A stretch of 64,000 nt of DNA from Marsupella aquatica (Eukaryota > Plantae > Marchantiophyta), in NCBI GenBank assembly GCA_973895155.1, contig OZ316896.1:16471752-16535751 (forward strand), read 5' to 3'. The notes under the pieces were generated by a model. It ran no database searches. It was not told where the DNA came from and worked only from the letters and a program-made list of their open reading frames with translations. This document shows, in pieces, positions 37,337-51,600 of the stretch. Position numbers and translations under genes: made by a program. Each line of letters begins with the position of its first letter. Within the stretch, counting starts at the first letter, position 1.

Positions 37337-38780
37337 TTACCCCTCACCAATGGTGTCCTTCCACAAGGCAGCCTCCTCCCCGAATTGCAACTCTAACGGT
37401 AAAACCTGCCCGGTGGCCATGGAAGTCCTTGGTATCATAGATCTGGGTGACATCCCCGGGGTTCCCGTATTGACTTGGGTCTCCCGCAATGACTTACGTA
37501 CCTCCTTGAGCTTCTTCTCCAAGCTCTTATTCGTTTCATGATTCTTCTTGGCTGCTTCCAACAGGGGACCGTATTTCTCACTTACTTCCTTCACCACCAT
37601 CTCAATGGCTTTGAAGACCAGGTCAGGAGAAAGCGTGGAACTAGTGGGCAGGGACTATTCCATTTTCCCAGACTCAAGGCTTCACTTCTCTTGGCCCTAG
37701 TCTCAAAGATCCCCAATTGACTCTGTCGTTCTGTAACCTGGCCTCTTAACCTCCTCGCTTCTCCTGAGTTTTGCTTCTCTTTGGCGAATGCTTCTCTCAG
37801 CACTCCAACTTCCTCCGCTTCTTTGGCCTTGGTAGACAAGGCCCCTTTCAAGTGAGAAATCTTCACTTGAGCCGCCTGGAGATGCTTGGCCTTCTCTTGT
37901 ATGGCCTCCTCCTTAGCTTTGATCACCTCTTTCATCAACGTGGCACCGTGCTGCAATGTTTCCACCCTTGTGTTGGCCTGCTTGAGCGCATCTCTCAATG
38001 TGTGGGCTAGCCTTGAGCCCCTCATGGGCCCCTTCACAAAAATCCCGTAATTTTGCCAAGTAGACCTCTGGAATGTCGTAAGGAAGGGGCTCCTCTGAGT
38101 TCCCCACCAGAGATTCAAGCCACTCCAACGTGTACCCCTCATCCTGGATGTCTTCCTCAACTTGACTGTCTCCAGTTTTTGCTGACACTGCTGGCACCTC
38201 CGTGAGTTTTCCCACAATGGTAGTGGCAATACTGTAGATCTCCATGGTAAGGGATGACTCAACTTCTTCGGGTCCCGGGGAGGCAATCAATCCTTCTGCC
38301 CTGGCCAACAAAAATGACCCATCAAATGCAAAGCTTCCCCGGTTTTAGACTCTTGGGCTCAGCGGCCAATAGCTTTGTCAATCTGTAATACCACCATCCG
38401 TAAGCATGGGCTGGATATTTCCAAATATGTAGAGCAATTATGAAATGCTCCCCATTCACTACCTGAGATTGCACATTATCGAGGACCCATTGATGAACCT
38501 TGGCCAGAAATCCCTTGTGTGTTGCATTCTTGACGGCCGAGAGATGAATAGCCATGGTGGAGGTGGGATTTTTTACCCAACAGGCCACCATTGTCAACAT
38601 GAGATCCTCGATTATATTTTGGGGGGTGAATGAGAACTACTGGTTCTCCAAAAACAAAAACTTAGCCAATTTGGCATGAGGCACCAACCGCTGAATACAT
38701 GCGAAATAAATCCCCTCCGTGCGCAATTCCATTCCAGCCTCTAGGTCCCAACTCTTCCTTGAAGAAATTATAATCTCTAA
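37337..38780 (-). pseudogene. Decayed ORF with long coiled-coil region, probably a TE accessory ORF
   Basis: Consecutive frameshifted minus-strand fragments 38322-38600, 37913-38311, 37591-38286 and 37337-37600 with E/K/A heptads. Family not recognised. Confidence 0.4.
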
Positions 38781-38989
38781 AAATAAGTAGAGACCTTCGG
38801 GATATAGCAACCTATAACAACAAAATTAACTCAAAATTTAAAAAATAGCTTATTTCCAATGATGATTTATATGACACAACCCCAGTAAACAATTATCGAG
38901 GATTTTTAGTGACGAGAACCCCGTCACAATTCCCATAGGCTTTCATGGATTTGTAGGTTTTTACCTTCCATGAAGGAGGATTTGATAGA

Positions 38990-41900
38990 TTGAGCACATC
39001 TGAAGATGCACCACCAAGTCATAGACAACGCAACATAAATGTTTCTTATAGCCTCACAAATCCAAATACTAAAAAGATAAAACACGTCAAATTAGGAAAA
39101 TACTCCACTTTTGTGTTGCGTGTCCTAAGATTTTGTGTCCATGCTTGGGCGAATGTATCTTTCATATTATCTCTCTGTTGTACTTCTAAGCTGTAGTGCC
39201 TACACACCCATATGTTTAGGCCAACCATCAATAACAATAATCCAAATTTTCTAAATCTACAAAATAAATAAATAAAGTGGTCTTGTTGCTTACTCTAGCT
39301 AGGGCATCATACATTCGGTATTGTTGAGCATGTATTCGTGCACACTTTCCTGCTCCATATGATCTAGATTCAGTATTGTAAAAGCTTCCTCCAAAATTGT
39401 GTTGTCCATCAATTCCAACTCATTTTTATCCCATACGCGAGATGTCACACCTTTGAATTCAGTCATATATTCGATCATAAATTCAATTGTCTCATTCATA
39501 ATGTACCCCTCTGCGATTGAATCCTTTGGCCGAGCTTTGTTTCTCACAATGCCCTTTAGAAATTTCATGTATCTTTAAAAATGATACATCCCTCTCGTTG
39601 ATGCAAGGCCACAAATGTCTATGATGTCACTAAGTGAAGCATCAAATATGTCATGATGTCGAACAAGGAATGAGGAAAATTTATTTCTAATTGACAGAGA
39701 GAGTACTGCATCATCCACGAGGCTCTGAAACTCATCTGGGTCTTGTACATTTTTATAAATACGTTTGAAGATTCTGCATACTTTCATGATTATAATTCTT
39801 GGAGCTTTAGAGTTTCAATTCCTAAATGCAAGAGGAAAAATTTGTTGCATTATGATATAATAATCATGAGATTTCATGTTTTCCAACTTTCCCTTTGGAT
39901 TCACATGCCTCTTGAAATTCCTTGAATATCGAGATACTTTTAAGTTTTGTATCACTTTGAAGAACTTTAATTTTTCCTCATCTCTTATTGTATACGAAAC
40001 AAGAGGCATCAGATCCCCACGGTGTCGGGAGAATCTTTAGTTCTTGGGAAGCACCGAGCTCTTATTTTTCCTATCTTGGAAGAAACCTTTCCAAAATACG
40101 TCTTTTCTCACCTCACATTATCCTTGCGATCCCCTTTGTCGATCAATTTCTTTCACCGTTATCCTCTAAAATATCTCTCACAGCCTTTGTCCCACTCTAC
40201 GATGAGCGGCTTCCTCACACTAAGCCTCGAATCGGCCTATCCTCTTTCCACATAATTTACTTCCCAAGTCAAGTCATAGATTGCAATTTCCAACGAATCC
40301 TACAATTAGATAAGTCAATTATAGAAAACAAAGACTATGATCTTAAGATTTATCATAGATGATATAATCACAGGTTCTGACATCCTAAGCATAACATTGT
40401 ATCTTTTATCTCCATACTTTCTAACTAAAACATCTCTACAATCAACCTTCTTACGGCATACCACTCTAATGTCAATAGATGAAGGAAAATCAGACACATT
40501 ATTAGGAAGCCTATTCAAATCTAACTCCGGTACATTTACAGATTGTCTATTAAAATCCATCTAATATAAAATAAAAATAGTTACATTCCATTCATTTCCA
40601 TAAACAACAATCGGGTATACAAATGGTGCATCGCTATTCATAACTGTTTCCATTAACTCAAACCCAAAATGATAAAGAAGATGCATTCTCATGGTATGCT
40701 TGCTAAGACAATGAATTCTAATTAAGAAAGGATTGACAAAATGGCACAGCAGGTGGGGGATAAACTCTAGGTACTCCATTTATCATATTATTAATTATAA
40801 GCACACTAAATTGATCTCAAGACTAATAAACATAAAACATAAAATAGTTCTAAGGCTAACAATCAAGTTAGTATCCAAGCATGGAGGTAAATAATAAACA
40901 AGACATGTGCACAAGAGGGGAAAAAGTTCCTTACAGTGTTGCGAGTCCAACACGATTGATCAAACAATGCGAATGAGGAGAGTGTGCTCCTCTTCACTTT
41001 ATTTATAGTGCCCCTTTGTGTTTTCCAAGAGGGCATGGATCGATGCCTTGACCCTTGGATGGAAGCCAAGTGGCAAGCATCAAGCACCTATAAGTGTGCT
41101 AGTATTATTCATAGTTGGTGGAACTACTGTGCGTAGTTGGTGGAATTATTACGCGTAATTGATGGAACTATTATGCGTAAATGGTGAAATTACTGTGTAC
41201 CATTGTAGAATGTACACACTACATATAGAATGTAACATATATGCTCTAATAGTACTACTATGAAGCTTTTAAGTAAAACTCTCTTCACATAAACTCAAAT
41301 AACACAATATGGATTCTAGCCTTCTAAAAGGAATCCCCACGATAACGGTTTGGTCCTTTGGGATTTCTTTGTAGATGCAAATGTGAGCTTATGTTTTTCA
41401 CATTCCATGTCCTTCCTGGAATTGACAGGATTTTTTTTCTGACAAGAGAGTCCAAATAATATTCTCACATATATTTTTCTTCATATGTATCACATCTAGT
41501 ATGTGATATGTCAAAAATTTCTAAAAGTTGCACTCAAACTTCAGTAATAATTTTGAAACCTTGAAATAAATAAAATTACTCAGGAAAAGCTTATTCATTA
41601 TTGTCTAGCTACCTATGTTCAAAAGAGTGCAAAGAGGCTCACCCCCCAATATGGTAGGTCATGTAAGCATGTTTGTCTCTTCACACCATGTGTCGCTTTT
41701 GGATCCGGTGTCCCCCTCTTTTCAATTTTGTGCAAAGTGCTTAGGTGGGCTGTTGGCTGCCTTCACTATACTCTTTATCGTAAGTTTGTTTGGAGTCTGT
41801 CAATGTTTAGACCTATTATTGAAAAGTTTAGCATATCTTCTTGTCCTATAAGAATGATTTGCTTCCAACCATTTCCTATGTCCAATATACACACACTTGC

Positions 41901-42460
41901 CACATGGTTTAGAATATTTACAATTTGTCTCTGGTCCACACACAATGCACCCTTTATATCTTTTTACTGTTTGCCCAAAAAAAGACCCAATGCAAGATAA
42001 TCATTTATGGTCCACACGATTATCACTCTCAATAAGAAGGCTCTGTCTCCTAAAGGCTTCGTATATCATATATCTAAACCTCGATCCACAATTTCAATAG
42101 TTTTTCAATCAAAGGCGCTAAATATACATCTATATAGGTGTTTTTTGTTAAGATTTGTCCTGGTATCAACAAAACTAATGTCACGAAATTTTTTTTGATA
42201 CATAACCAAGGAGGTAAATTGAAATTCACCAACAATACAGACCATATAGAGTAAATTGAACTCTTATTCTCGTGGGGATTAACACTGTCCAGTGCTAGAC
42301 CCAACCTGATATTGCGAGGATCATTAGCAGATGAAAGAAAGTTCTTGTCTACATCCTTCCAAGTTTTTGAATCAACAACGCCTCGAACTAGTCAATCATT
42401 CTTTGAATTCTTCTTATGCCATTCTATCAAATCAGCCAAGGTGAAACACTTGTATATCAC
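38990..42460 (-). pseudogene. Third, heavily decayed CACTA TnpD transposase (interrupted by a ~1.3 kb insert)
   Basis: LGLALDSVNP..NFNLPPW (42074-42304), ILDVIHMKKNICEN (~41460-41510), MKSHDYYIIMQQI, VRNKARPKDSIAEGY (39299-39568). Confidence 0.85.
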
Positions 42461-44006
42461 TTTCTATTTACAATATTTTAAAATACTGTAAAACAAAATG
42501 AAGTATTTTGAAAATTTATTGCAGATGATTGATGAAATTTTTTGGTATCATAAAAAATGAACTAGTACTAAACTATATCTCATTTATCTCGAAGATAATC
42601 TTGTGATGTGACCTTCACTTGGTCATGGCCATTTAAATACTTTGTCATCATATCTGTATGTCATCGTATTGATCTTTGCTTGCTAGAATTTGAGTCAATC
42701 AATTTTTAATTAGTTTTATGTCAAATACGTTAACAGATACTCAATTCTTTTGATTTGTGCATATTTGAATTATAATCTGAACAATTTTCCAATTGAGTAC
42801 ACATGTGAAAAAATCAAAAGTGAATAATTTACCTGACCATAATTCGGGTGTAAGATGATGGTACTTATCTTTACACTCTACAATGTGAGTTGAAGACATA
42901 ACAGGATGCATCCTGTTTCCATTTTCTCTATGACTTGCACGACGCCAATCGCAAATCCCAATGCAAACTTTTGTAGGTTGTATTTTTTTGAAATCTCAAT
43001 ATTCCTCATTTTCAAAATGAAGAATGATATTCATCAAATGCAATCGTTGTGAAGACGATGATACTCATATACAAAAGTTAGAATCTCCAGATAGCATAAA
43101 GAAGATTAGTCTATTTTCCTTCACCAACTTTCAACGATCGATATCTTGATTTGATTGACTTTCAACAACCCAATCATCCAAATTCTCACGGTGTCCAATC
43201 TAGTACAATGTCTCCCGCATAATAATAAAAAATAAGAGTAGTTGGACGATCAATGATTATTGTAAATGCAGGCATAACTCTTTTGTGATGAATTCTAATT
43301 TCAATTACCTCATTAATAGCTATTTTTTGCATTCTCATCTTGCTAATGCAATCTGATGTAGTGTAAAAAACCTTTACAGCAACCCAAAGTTCTTATGAGG
43401 TCCAATCCTCATTCTGAATGTAAATCACTTGCATCATTGCATTTACTCCTTTGCCTTCAATGTAAGATTAAACAAGCCTCACTTTCTCATTGCTAGTACA
43501 CAGGAACGCTTCTCCACCACAAATAGTTCTTGATGATCTTATTTACTTCTCTCCACCAAACATTCGTGCATTATGACTTAAAGTTTTTCTCCCAACATAA
43601 GCCGTGACCCTATGAGTTATACATGCTCTCTTCAATGAATCTTGAAAATTTTGTAACCACTTTCGCAAAAAATATTTATCTTGAATTTCCTCATCTAACA
43701 ATGCAGATACTTTTGATTCAACTATTGTATATAACTGATGGTTCATGCTCTCAATACAATTGATAAACCATCCTTTATATTTTTACCGTTCCCTCATATA
43801 GTTTATCTTGATGGCCAAGACATCTTTATCATTACGATAATAATTTGACATCCTTATGCCTGTTACACCCTCCAAATTAATATAAAAATAATATTTTCCT
43901 TACAAACCATTAGTGGTGAAGTGGATCAAAGTATTGTCCAAAATTTTCTCAAACTACTTCAACAAATACACACACAGTCGCGCTCGATCAAGTAGTGTTT
44001 GCTTTT

Positions 44007-44427
44007 TGTTGAATATAGACAATAATCGCAACGGTAAGCATATGACATATCCAACATGCAAGTAGTCGACACAAGAGATACGTGGTTCACCTCCTTGAGG
44101 TTACGTCCACGGGAACACACAAGAGAGCTTTACTGAATTCTAAGCCCGTCGGCTATACCGAGTCTTCACAGTGTAAGTTCTTTCTATCTCTCAAGTGGCT
44201 CCATAACAATGAGCCTTGGTTCTACATCTCCAAACACACGTGCCTCTTATGATATAGTGCGTAACTTAGTTAACCTAACCACATTGTTGTACCTAATCAC
44301 ATAGTTGTATCTAACCACATTGTTGTACCTAACCATGTTGTTGTACCAAACCACATAATTGTACCAACCCACGTTGTTGTACCAACCACGTCATACCTAA
44401 CCTAGACATAAGAGTAAATATCCAACA
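44007..44427. mobile_element. Copia solo LTR related to 36960-37303
   Basis: TGTTGA...CCAACA; flanks CTTTT/CTTTC. Shares gagatacgtggttcacctcc...tacgtccacgggaacacacaagag with the 36960 LTR. Internal 18-bp minisatellite ctaaccacattgttgtac at ~44275-44395. Confidence 0.85.
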
Positions 44428-45884
44428 CTTTCTTTCTTCAAAGTAAAATTTTCCATCTACTGTCAAAGTAAACTCGTTCCTTCGAGATCACTTTGGTGTA
44501 CTAAAAGATGTAGGTGCTTGCTTTGAGGATGAAGCAACCTAGACAATAGTCGTCGGTGGATGTATCACCAAATGAGCCATAGTCTCCAATGCACGCACCA
44601 CTCTCCATCTCAATCTTTGCTACTACACAGAATTTGTCATCCTATCTGGCAAATGTGATCATTGTCTCACACATCTTAGCAACCTCTTTTACCCCATCGT
44701 TAAACTCTCAAAATAAAAAAAATTGTAAAAAATAAAATAAAATATTTAAATAAATAACAAAAGATGAATTTTTAGTAACAAATATGTCATCGTTACCATG
44801 GACTAAAGCTTTTCTCCCTTATATTCTTGCCGTCTCACAAACTATCCATGAATGACCCTATTGGCTGATCGTGTTTTTCCACGACCACCAAAATAAAAGG
44901 TGGATTGCAAGCAGCACCTATGATGCCGCATGTCCCAGCTAATGTCTCAGAGATTGTTTTGGCAAAAAAAAAATGAACCAAATGAGGAGGAATGAGGAGG
45001 AAAAAATGAAACAAATAAGAAGAATGATTGGAATGAGAATGACTTATGAAAGTGAAAATCTTATCTTTTATAAAGAGGGTTCATTTTTCTTGCATGATCT
45101 AAGATGAACTCTCGCAAGGTGACACATGTCGAGCATTCACCCCCAAATACATATTGGGCACTTGCAATGACACTTGTTAAGCGGCTGTCTGGACACTTGT
45201 CCTCACATGATCTGTCTAAGATATACAAAGCTATCTTAGCACCTTAGGAAATTTTTCAAGCTTAAATTTTTCAAGCTTAAAATAATGTTACCCTTTATCT
45301 TTGCTTCATTGGTCTTGATTTGGGCCCATTCATCCCCTTTAAGTTTTAGAGACAACTCTTATCTTTAAAGATTTTGTCTCTTGTTTTTACATAAGATAAT
45401 ATACTTTTCATCCTCCACATACAATGAATCTCCAGAAAATAAACGAGATGGTGTACAAGGTAACATCCAAGTACTCAATCCCTCTAAAGTTCAGTTCTCA
45501 TGTCAACTATAGAATTGGAGTCATAGCAAAGAAGGATGCAATTTTTATTTTTTTTACGTAACATTATAAATTTTTCTAGTACAAATGAAACCTCTATCCA
45601 GGGTCTTTCTTCTCACTTCTCTACAACTATCCAATTTTGGGATCATATGTTTGTTGATTTTTGTTTCCACTCCATGTGGGTCAAGTTTCCACTAAACAAC
45701 CAGATATTTGTTCTTTAACACAAGAAACTATAATCCTTAAACATTTTTCAGTCATTTCAATTCACTCCAATCCAAACCTCACCATGGGTTGAGTATTTTC
45801 TTTTTTTACTAGCTCATAATCAAGCTCCTATTTCTATTCAATCCTGGTCCACATACTTCAAATCATAAAATCAAATTTTGTGCA

Positions 45885-46330
45885 AAAAAATTGAAAACTG
45901 CAGACCCCGCTTCCGCATCTGATTTTTCTCTCACCAACCAGATCTCAATTGGTGTTCATAATGTGTCAGAAGGTGTGTGATAATTTCACAAAAATATCAG
46001 TTAATTTGGTCGAGCACATGTGGTTCCACAAAATATTTGGTATCGCTGAGTTTTCCTACCATTCGTTTCTGCAAATTTCAACTTTGGTGATTTGCGATTG
46101 GAATTCTTAACTCCATTTCGACCATTAACAAAATCTAGAAAATTGCAGACCCCCCTCCGACATCTGGTTTTTTTTCCACCAACCAGATCTTGATTAGTTA
46201 TGATAATTTTTCAGAAGGTGTGTCTACTTCCCTTCTACCTCCACAAAAATTATCAGCCAATTTGGTCAACCAAATGTGGCTCCAAAAAATATTTTTCCTA
46301 CCATGAATTTTCCGCAATTTTAGTTTCGAC
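45885..46330. repeat. Degenerate tandem duplication, ~245 bp
   Basis: gcagacccc...catctg...caccaaccagatct...cagaaggtgtg...cacaaaaat occurs near 45900 and 46145. Confidence 0.65.
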
Positions 46331-48029
46331 GACTTGTGATTCAACTTTATCTTTCCAATTCAACTTGTCTTTCCAGGCCACAACTGTTGCACTTCATTGC
46401 TTGTAATTGATGATCACCTAATCTACTATATCTCATCTATCAATTGTTGATGGAGTCTTCATTCTTACCTAACTCCATGCCTCAATCAGTTTGATCACCA
46501 ACTAAGTAATTTTCTATTTTTTTATTTATTCTTTTGATTCCTCTACTTTCTCTTTCTTCTCCTTTTGACTACCCTCATCTACATGAGAGTACTATCTTTT
46601 CATTTAGAAGTACTTCTCTTTTCACTCAGGAATACTCCCTAGTTATCTCGCAACAAAATGGCTTAGCAGCCTAGATTTTGCGACAAAATTACTAGATGAC
46701 TTGTAATTTTTAAAAATACTGAAATATTGTTAGTGCGTTCCTCTATCAATAATATATTACCTGGCAAAAATTTATACTTTTTGGATTAATCCAAATCTAC
46801 CAATAAAATACCTAAAGATGTTAATTTAGTATAAAATTATAAAAACAAAAAACTATTTTAAGTGTCAAAGAATCACAATGTTAATATACAAAATAAAAAT
46901 GATCTTAACTTTCTAATGACATGTCTGTTTTATCTAATATTTCCTTGGGTAAATTTTTCTATCTAAAATCTATCTATTCATCAAAATTTTAGAGTTTTTC
47001 ATGATCTACAAATATTTGATTAAAATATCACAAAAGACTACTCTACCTTAAAATTATCACTATTAATTTTCTCACTTAATATTCTAAGTTCAACATTGAC
47101 CAAAACCTAAAGCGTTCAACTACATTGAAATTACATAGAAATAGGTAACTATAAGTCTTAATAAACTCAAAAATTAATTAACAGTCTTGTGTGAAACCTT
47201 TAAAATGCGTATAGAAGTTTTTCTCTGCTTCCTCCCAGGAAAAATATTCTTAACACACTTGTACAGATTATGGTTAGGTTGACATCTCTCTTCCTCATCA
47301 TCGAGAGTGAGACCAATGCCAACATCTTCAACAAGCGTAGTCCCAATCCCAACCTCCTCCTGATCCTGTTGGCTCTGCCCCTTTCTTTTTGAAGGCATCT
47401 GAACAGACTTGGCCTTGATTTTGCACCATGAATCCCATTAAAACCTACCATCTTGGGTACAATCGATCCCGTTGTCATGATAATCTAATTATTCATATGA
47501 AATTATTATCACTAATTATATTATTAATTATATAGGTTAGGTTTATATTTTACTACGGGATACCTAAATAGTTTGACTATTATTTGTGTGCATGTAAGGT
47601 AAGTAACTATGCAAGTCACAAGATGCATGCACAAATTGTTTAGATGCATGTACAAATTTTATTAGATACATTCAAATTATTTGATTTATATGTATTAGTT
47701 ATTTTGTGTGCATGCAAAATGGACAAATATGAAAGTCACAAGGTGTATGCACAAATTGTTTAGATGCATATTAATTGTTTGATGTGCATGTGTAAGTTAT
47801 TTTATGCGCATACAAGATGAATAAATATGCAAACCACAAGATGCATACATGCACAAATTATTTTATATGCATGCATTAGTTGTTTTATTTGCATGTATAA
47901 TTTGTTTTGATTGCAATAGTACTAGCACACCTTATTATATTGGATATGTAGACTCATTTGACTTTCATCCAAGTATTTGGACGTAATCCATGTACTCTTG
48001 GATTAAGTGTCAATAAAATGGTGATAGAC

Positions 48030-48660
48030 ACGCTCTTGGATTGGAAAAGCTCTTGGCGAGGCTGTGAGATCGATATGAATTGTGCCCTAAACAATCATCA
48101 TACGAGTGAGTTACATCGGATTTAGGTTTTGTGCCCCAAACGATCACCGTATGAGTGAATAACTTCACATTTTATGTGCATTTAACAATTTTGGCATTTG
48201 TGACTTAATTTTGGTTGTAATTTTGGTTGTAATTAAGTCACAAATGCCAAATGCTTTCCAAATCCGTCAAGAACCCTAAATCCAAATCCATGGAAAAAGT
48301 TCTTGACGGATTTAGATTTGAGAGTTCTTGACGGATTTGGAAAGCTCTTGGCGAGGTGGTAAAGATTGATATGAATTGTGCCCCAAGCGGTCACCATATG
48401 AGTGAGTTACATTGGATTTAATTTTTATCATTTTCTTCATATTTTTTGGATGTTTGATAATTTGGACGAATTTGTGACTCGATTTTTGTTGTAACTTTCT
48501 TCATGAGGCTCGAATTTGAGATTTCTTAACGGATTTGGAAATGTCTTGGCGAGGAATGAAGATGATATGAGTTGTGCCCCAAACAGTCAACGTATGATCA
48601 AGTTATGTCTAATTTAGATTTTGTCATTTGTTCAAATTTTATGTGTGATTGACGTTTTGG
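48030..48660. repeat. Degenerate repeat block (3 units) with two adjacent perfect inverted repeats
   Basis: ggatt(t)gga(a)aagctcttggcgagg...gatatgaattgtgccc x3; inverted repeats at 48190-48251 and 48253-48345. Confidence 0.7.
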
Positions 48661-48665
48661 GAGCT

Positions 48666-51600
48666 GTAGCAGCACTATCCAATCAGAAGATGGATATTCA
48701 TTGGCACCAACTCCCAAGCGGACACATCAGCAAGCGCTTCAGTTTTGTTTCCAACCATGCTTACAACTGCTCAACAGTTTTCTAGGCTAGCGGTGGTGCC
48801 GTTTCTTGAATTGATATGGTGGGCTCTCTCCATAGCCTTCCCTTTCTTTTCACATGCCTTAGTTGGGCCGTTAGAAAGATGTTTTAAGTGCTATCAGAGT
48901 AACTAGGTTTTAGGAACTTAAGTAAGTAAAATAGGAAAGATAGTGGAATGGAAGATTACTGAGTTATAAGCAAGTGACAAGGGATAAGAAAGGTCTTTAT
49001 GATGGGGCATACAACGTTCCGTCCTTATTTAGAATAGGCGACTATTCTGAGCCGAAGAAACCACCCGACACTTGAAGTCTTAGTTTTGATTTAGATTTTT
49101 CCCATAGATGCTAGGAGGTCCCTAGAGCATCCCTAAAAAGTTAGATGTCAAGTGGGGTCTCAACCTAGGGTTTCCTTGTGTTTCGGTGTGACTTAAATTA
49201 ACAAAATAGCGGGTCCCGAGAAAAATAGCTGATGAGTAAATTTAAGAGTTCCAAGTTTGGAAGTGGGTTAAATATGGTCCACTCTATCCCTAGGAACTTG
49301 TGGTAGAAGCTGGGTATCTTTGGTTACTTTTTGGGAGCATCTCAAAGGTGAGAAGAAGTTTGGAAAACATAATAATTAACCCATTTTACCTAATTGTAGA
49401 AAATCGGTGATAAGGTTTTGTCTAGATATTAGTAAACCAGGACATAGGCCTATGTCTAGAGAATATGTATATCTACTCAAAAGTCATTTTGGACTCATGG
49501 GTGATTTTTGGGGGCAATCCAAAACGGCCTGAAAAATGCAGATTTTTCTAGAAAAAAATGACATTTTTCTAAGTGTTGGGGAACGACGACGCGCAAGCTA
49601 CGACTCAAGCACGGGGCCGGTGAGGAAATCAAGCACGAGGAGGCTATCCAAAGGTGCTGCCTGTTGCTTGAGGTGCCAATTGAGCACAAGGGTGACTGAA
49701 TTGAAGGAATGGCCGCTTGAATTGACCTGGTTGCATGCTGCTGATCAGAATTGGCTGGCCGTCTTGATGCTGCTGATTGGAATCAAGCTGCGTGCTATGG
49801 AGAAAATGGGCTGCTGCTGATCAAGAGATGGTTGGCTGGCTGTGAGCTATGGTGGGCTACGAAATTGAAGGGCTGGCGACTGATCAGGTGGACTGTTGCA
49901 CAAGAATTAGAGGGATAGCTTCAAGCACGAGATGCTGAGTACTGGCTGAGCAGCAGGAAAAAGGGATGACTGGCTAATTAGTAAGCATGCTGCAAGCTCA
50001 ATAATGTTGTTGCTCTACTAGCTACAAAATTGAAGGGCAAGCTATGGCTGGCTACTGGAGAATAGAGCTAGGCTGCTAGCAAATTGATTGAATATAGTAA
50101 CAAATGGACCAGCTGCAAGGAAGGAATTAAGAGGGCTAGCTGCGAATTGGTGGGCTATGGCTGCTGCAAAATTCTGCTGCAATTTTGAATCACTTGCAAG
50201 GTTGGATGACTATGGAGGTGGACTGAGAAGGATGCTGCAAACCTGGTTGAGCTGTAGATTGACCTGTTGCCATTCGAATCCAACAGAGAATGATGCACTT
50301 TCAGATTGAATTCAAGAGAGAGGAAAATGGCTACGAAAATTGATGTCCTTATCAAATTCTTCATAAGAAATGTGAGTATAATGAGAGTACTCTCCCCTGG
50401 TGACACCTGGAATCTCCATACGGGGCGTGTAAAGTAAGTGTAATCGGGTCGCCGCTTATACCCGCTTTACATCAAAAATAGACCTTGGGAGAATGGGCAT
50501 AACTTTGGCTAGGGGTATCCGTTGGGGCCCAAATTTTTTTGTGCTAAGTTAGGGGAAGGTAAGGCACCCCTTGGTGAAGGTGGAAACCTAGAAAAAGAGT
50601 CACTCAAATATATTTTTAGCCGAGGCCATGAGGGGGTCCCGATAGCTTGCAAACCAAAGTCGGCATAGGGGAATGACTACCAGATTTAGGGGCTGACCTT
50701 TCTTGCACCCATACTACTTTAGTTAGGCTCTAGGGAAGGGTACTTACCTTTGGTCAAAGGTGTAAGGCCATCAAGTTAAGAAAAGTAAGTATAGGGGTAG
50801 TTTACTTAGGGTAGTAAAGGGGTTACAAGTAAAATAAGGCCAACTTTGACTAGGCACAACTTGAGACTCGCTCACTCTTTTTGCGAGCTTTCAAGTGGGT
50901 TGGGAAGCTGGTGAGGAGAACCATAAGTGGGAGCAGGTTTGGAGGTCAAAGCATGCAACTCATGTATGGCATATTCCAGGGTTTGGAAGGAGGCCAAACA
51001 ATAGGTTGTAGGGTGGGCTACGAACTATAGAGTTGGACTTTGTGTGTTAGGAGGACTTGGGGGAGGAGTAGTTGGACCCCAGGTCAAGCTTGGTGTGGTG
51101 TGGAAGGAGAATAGTATATAAGGAGAAAGTTTTTATTTGTTAGGGACCGGGAGTCTCATCTCTTAAGTGGAATCTCTACCTTGCCAAGGTAGGGCTAAGC
51201 TAGAGAAGGGAGAGATGGTCCATGCTTAGTGTGGAGAATGTGTAGTGAACTTTTGTTGTAAAGTGGATGCAATAAAAGGAGACTTGTCAATCTTCATTGT
51301 GACCATTAAGTGTGAGTGCATTTGAAGTATATGAGAGCAAGAGAAAAGTCCATGCTATGATATAATCTTGGTCTAAGCTTGAAGGGGATGTGCTAGTATA
51401 AAACCAAGGCCAAGGAGGCAAGGTTAAGGTAGAGCACTACTTTGAGACTTAGAAATGATTATAACTTGAGGGTGGAAAGTATTTTGCTTGGTGTGTGGTG
51501 TTAACAAGAAGTAAGAACGAGAGGAAGACTTCTTAGATATATGAGTCTTCTCTAGAGCTCAAAGGGGGATGTGTGGACCCAAACCAAGGCCAGGGGGCAA

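Noticed and set aside
41085-41200. TAGTATTAT near iteron-like repeats as a ssDNA-virus origin
   Set aside because: One mismatch to TAGTATTAC, not in a stem-loop apex, and no Rep-like ORF recognised.
42500-43900. Coding-like minus-strand fragments (e.g. 43543-43746)
   Set aside because: Too decayed to assign; no recognisable domain.
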